Shown here: positions 62,108 to 64,000 of the stretch, piece after piece
Layout of the letters: every line of letters begins with the position of its first letter
How positions within the stretch are numbered: the stretch's first letter is position 1
From: a virus
Taxonomy: Duplodnaviria; Heunggongvirae; Uroviricota; Caudoviricetes
DNA: 64,000 nucleotides
Strand: one strand, 5' to 3'
Virus record (IMG/VR): IMGVR_UViG_2974603165_000001
Span: 2,589-66,588 of that record
The notes under the pieces: generated by a model
The model's database searches: none
Told to the model about the DNA's origin: nothing
What the model saw: only the letters and a program-made list of their open reading frames with translations
Made by a program: the position numbers and the translations under genes

Positions 62108-62386
62108 TTATGCGGTGATGATACCCGCAGAGCGGAGTTTACCCAACAGTGTGTTGAAGTCATCCGCTGTCGGAGCGGCGCTCAGGTTTGTCTGAGCAGC
62201 CTGCAACAGAACCCCACCACGCTGAGTAGCGGTTGGGACTTTGTTACCAGCCATCGCAGTGGTCGCAGTAGTCCCGATCTGAACACCCGCACCACCGACA
62301 AGATCAGACAGTTCAATCTTCTCGCCAGTTGCGATGTCAATCAGGGTACGTGCGTACACCAGTCCAGCTACACCAGAAGTTGCCAT
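62108..62386 (-). CDS. head fibre / capsid decoration protein
   Basis: AT..RGGVL..AA..AAPT.DDFN.LL.KLR.AGII head-fibre motif; near capsid gene. Confidence 0.75.
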   Translation of the reverse strand: MATSGVAGLVYARTLIDIATGEKIELSDLVGGAGVQIGTTATTAMAGNKVPTATQRGGVLLQAAQTNLSAAPTADDFNTLLGKLRSAGIITA

Positions 62387-62398
62387 GATTTTCTCCTA

Positions 62399-62935
62399 TT
62401 AGGCTTTTAGAGCGGCCTCAAAGTCCGCCAGTAGTTTGTCAAAGCCTTTGTTCCCTTTCAGGACAATGTTCTTTGACGCAGCGAAGTCGATCAGTTTCGC
62501 TTTGCTGCCTTGCTTGTCGTCTTCATCATTCAAGGCTGCTGCCTCGATGAGGATCGCTTCAATGCTCGGATTGGTGTCTTCCTGCGGTGGTTGAACCACA
62601 GATTCACCAATGATTTCACCGTCTTCGTTCTTAGCAACGATTGGCTCTGCCGCTACCACTTCGGAACCTGGCAGATCTTGCTCTTTGTTGAAGAAGATGA
62701 TGTAAGTACCCATGCGTATAGTTGACGCCTTGGTGTCGATATCCAGCCCGGTCAGTTCAGCCAGTGCTGCATAGAATTCTGGGAAGGTACGATACGCTTG
62801 CATCTTGTTGCCAATAGCCAGGCCGTTAATAGGCAGACGTGCAGATGCTCCAACGTTGATCGTGTCATTGTACTTACCGAAGAATTTGAACAGTTCAACT
62901 TTGTTCGGGAAGATTTTGTAATTCTGATTAGCCAT
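62399..62935 (-). CDS. hypothetical protein downstream of capsid gene
   Basis: start set at ATG after GGAG; acidic linker, helical C-terminal domain. Confidence 0.7.
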   Translation of the reverse strand: MANQNYKIFPNKVELFKFFGKYNDTINVGASARLPINGLAIGNKMQAYRTFPEFYAALAELTGLDIDTKASTIRMGTYIIFFNKEQDLPGSEVVAAEPIVAKNEDGEIIGESVVQPPQEDTNPSIEAILIEAAALNDEDDKQGSKAKLIDFAASKNIVLKGNKGFDKLLADFEAALKA

Positions 62936-62987
62936 GTTTCTGTCTCCGTTTCGTGACCTTATAAAACCCTTGACTTGTATTCGGGAG

Positions 62988-62996
62988 AGTTTATCA
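62988..62996 (-). promoter_or_regulatory. extended -10 element
   Basis: TGA-TAAACT just after capsid terminator; no clear -35. Confidence 0.4.
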
Positions 62997-63009
62997 TAAG
63001 GCAGATAAG

Positions 63010-63042
63010 AAAAAAGGGAGAGGTGATTTCTCACCTCTCCCT
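63010..63042 (-). terminator. intrinsic terminator after capsid gene
   Basis: AGGGAGAGGTGA..TCACCTCTCCCT + T run. Confidence 0.8.
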
Positions 63043-63055
63043 CTTAGAGGTACTA

Positions 63056-64000
63056 TTAGAAAGTACCGACTGAGCGAACTACCAGTTCCGGGCGGCAGTT
63101 AACCGTCAGGAAGGAAGTCTCAGATTCAACCTTCTGCTCACGGTGGTAAGCAGATTCTTTGTACCACAGGTACAGTTCCTCAGCCGGGGTGTTGGCTTCG
63201 TGAACGTCATCTGCTGGCGCATAGTGAATCTGGAACATGTCGTCGATGCCGCGAGGCAGGACGTATGCTTCACCGTTCGGGATGTACCCGGAGATGTCTT
63301 CGATAAAGGTGAAACCTTTATGAACGAACATACGGTTGTTGCTGTTTTCAGAACCGTCACCAAGACGACGACGCAGTGGCTCTTGGGTGCTGCTGTAGTA
63401 TTGGTACGCGTTCATGATCAGCGGGTGAGCGATCAGAGCAGCGAAATACTGACGAGAAGCGATAACCACGATGTCGTAGTTGTCTCCGTTGTCGCCTGCT
63501 TCGTCGATGATGAATCCACGAGCTTGCGCTTCCAGAAGGTCGGTTGGGTCAACAGCCACATCAGTAAAGTCTACTGGTGCCAGGTGCTGGCTTACGCCCC
63601 ACTCGGTGAAGTAGTTGTACTGTGCGGTAGGATCTTGTGGTGACCAGGATTTACCCATGATCGCCTGCAACATTGCCTTCTCTTTCAGTTGCTCATGGCT
63701 GATGCGGATACGACGAACCACACGGGCGATTGCATCCTGAACAGTCTTCGGAGCATCCACAGTGAAATACTGACGGAAGTTCTGAACGTCTGCCGCTGTG
63801 ATCTGACGATCCAGTGGGAAGAACGGAATGTTGAAGTTTTTCAGTTGGGCCTTTTCAGTACCAACATAGTTACGTTCGCCTTGACGACGACGCGCAGGGA
63901 AGTCAGTCACAACTTCATCAACACGTTCAACCTGAGCAACGGTAGTTACACCGTGATATGGGGTGAACAGGTTCATGTTAGTGATCAGACGGAACTGACG
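63056..64000 (-). CDS. major capsid protein (phage cap E-like; 5' end outside window)
   Basis: frame open to window edge; F.IPFF..D.QI.A.DVQ, T.E...QA..G, HYAP.D, ES.TS.L.V..RPE. Confidence 0.9.
   Translation of the reverse strand, partial: RQFRLITNMNLFTPYHGVTTVAQVERVDEVVTDFPARRRQGERNYVGTEKAQLKNFNIPFFPLDRQITAADVQNFRQYFTVDAPKTVQDAIARVVRRIRISHEQLKEKAMLQAIMGKSWSPQDPTAQYNYFTEWGVSQHLAPVDFTDVAVDPTDLLEAQARGFIIDEAGDNGDNYDIVVIASRQYFAALIAHPLIMNAYQYYSSTQEPLRRRLGDGSENSNNRMFVHKGFTFIEDISGYIPNGEAYVLPRGIDDMFQIHYAPADDVHEANTPAEELYLWYKESAYHREQKVESETSFLTVNCRPELVVRSVGTF

Noticed and set aside
1-64000. tRNA, rRNA, CRISPR array, integrase or IS element
   Set aside because: None recognisable by eye; no regularly spaced direct repeats; a tRNAscan/CRISPR search was not run

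Overview
The window is a 64-kb piece of a large lytic myovirus genome with rV5/Vequintavirinae-like gene content (T7-type primase-helicase and family A polymerase, rIIA/rIIB, NadR+PnuC, SleB, contractile tail). The host is probably an enterobacterium, possibly plant-associated (inference). Positions 1.5-35.8 kb (+ strand) hold early/replication and host-takeover genes: an HD alarmone hydrolase, AAA ATPase, macrodomain, RNA ligase, C5-methyltransferase-like protein, MazG-like and class II aaRS-like enzymes, NAD salvage genes and an SSB. Positions 35.9-64 kb (- strand) hold the morphogenesis operon, from a truncated major capsid gene through neck, sheath, tube, tape measure and baseplate to the tail fibres. 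The standout is an apparent virion-mounted polysaccharide-degrading system. A baseplate wedge-type subunit is fused in frame to a complete GH5 endoglucanase. It is followed directly by a Calx-beta-GH48 exocellulase and a stand-alone Calx-beta protein. Both Calx-beta domains lack their first beta-strand, and matching ISISDAVLT strands occur in the baseplate-GH5 protein and at the C-terminus of the small Calx protein, which suggests strand-complementation docking. A separate WceF/AmsF-like beta-helix EPS enzyme shares its N-terminal peptide with a head-fibre protein. All family assignments come from motif recognition by eye; no database searches were run.
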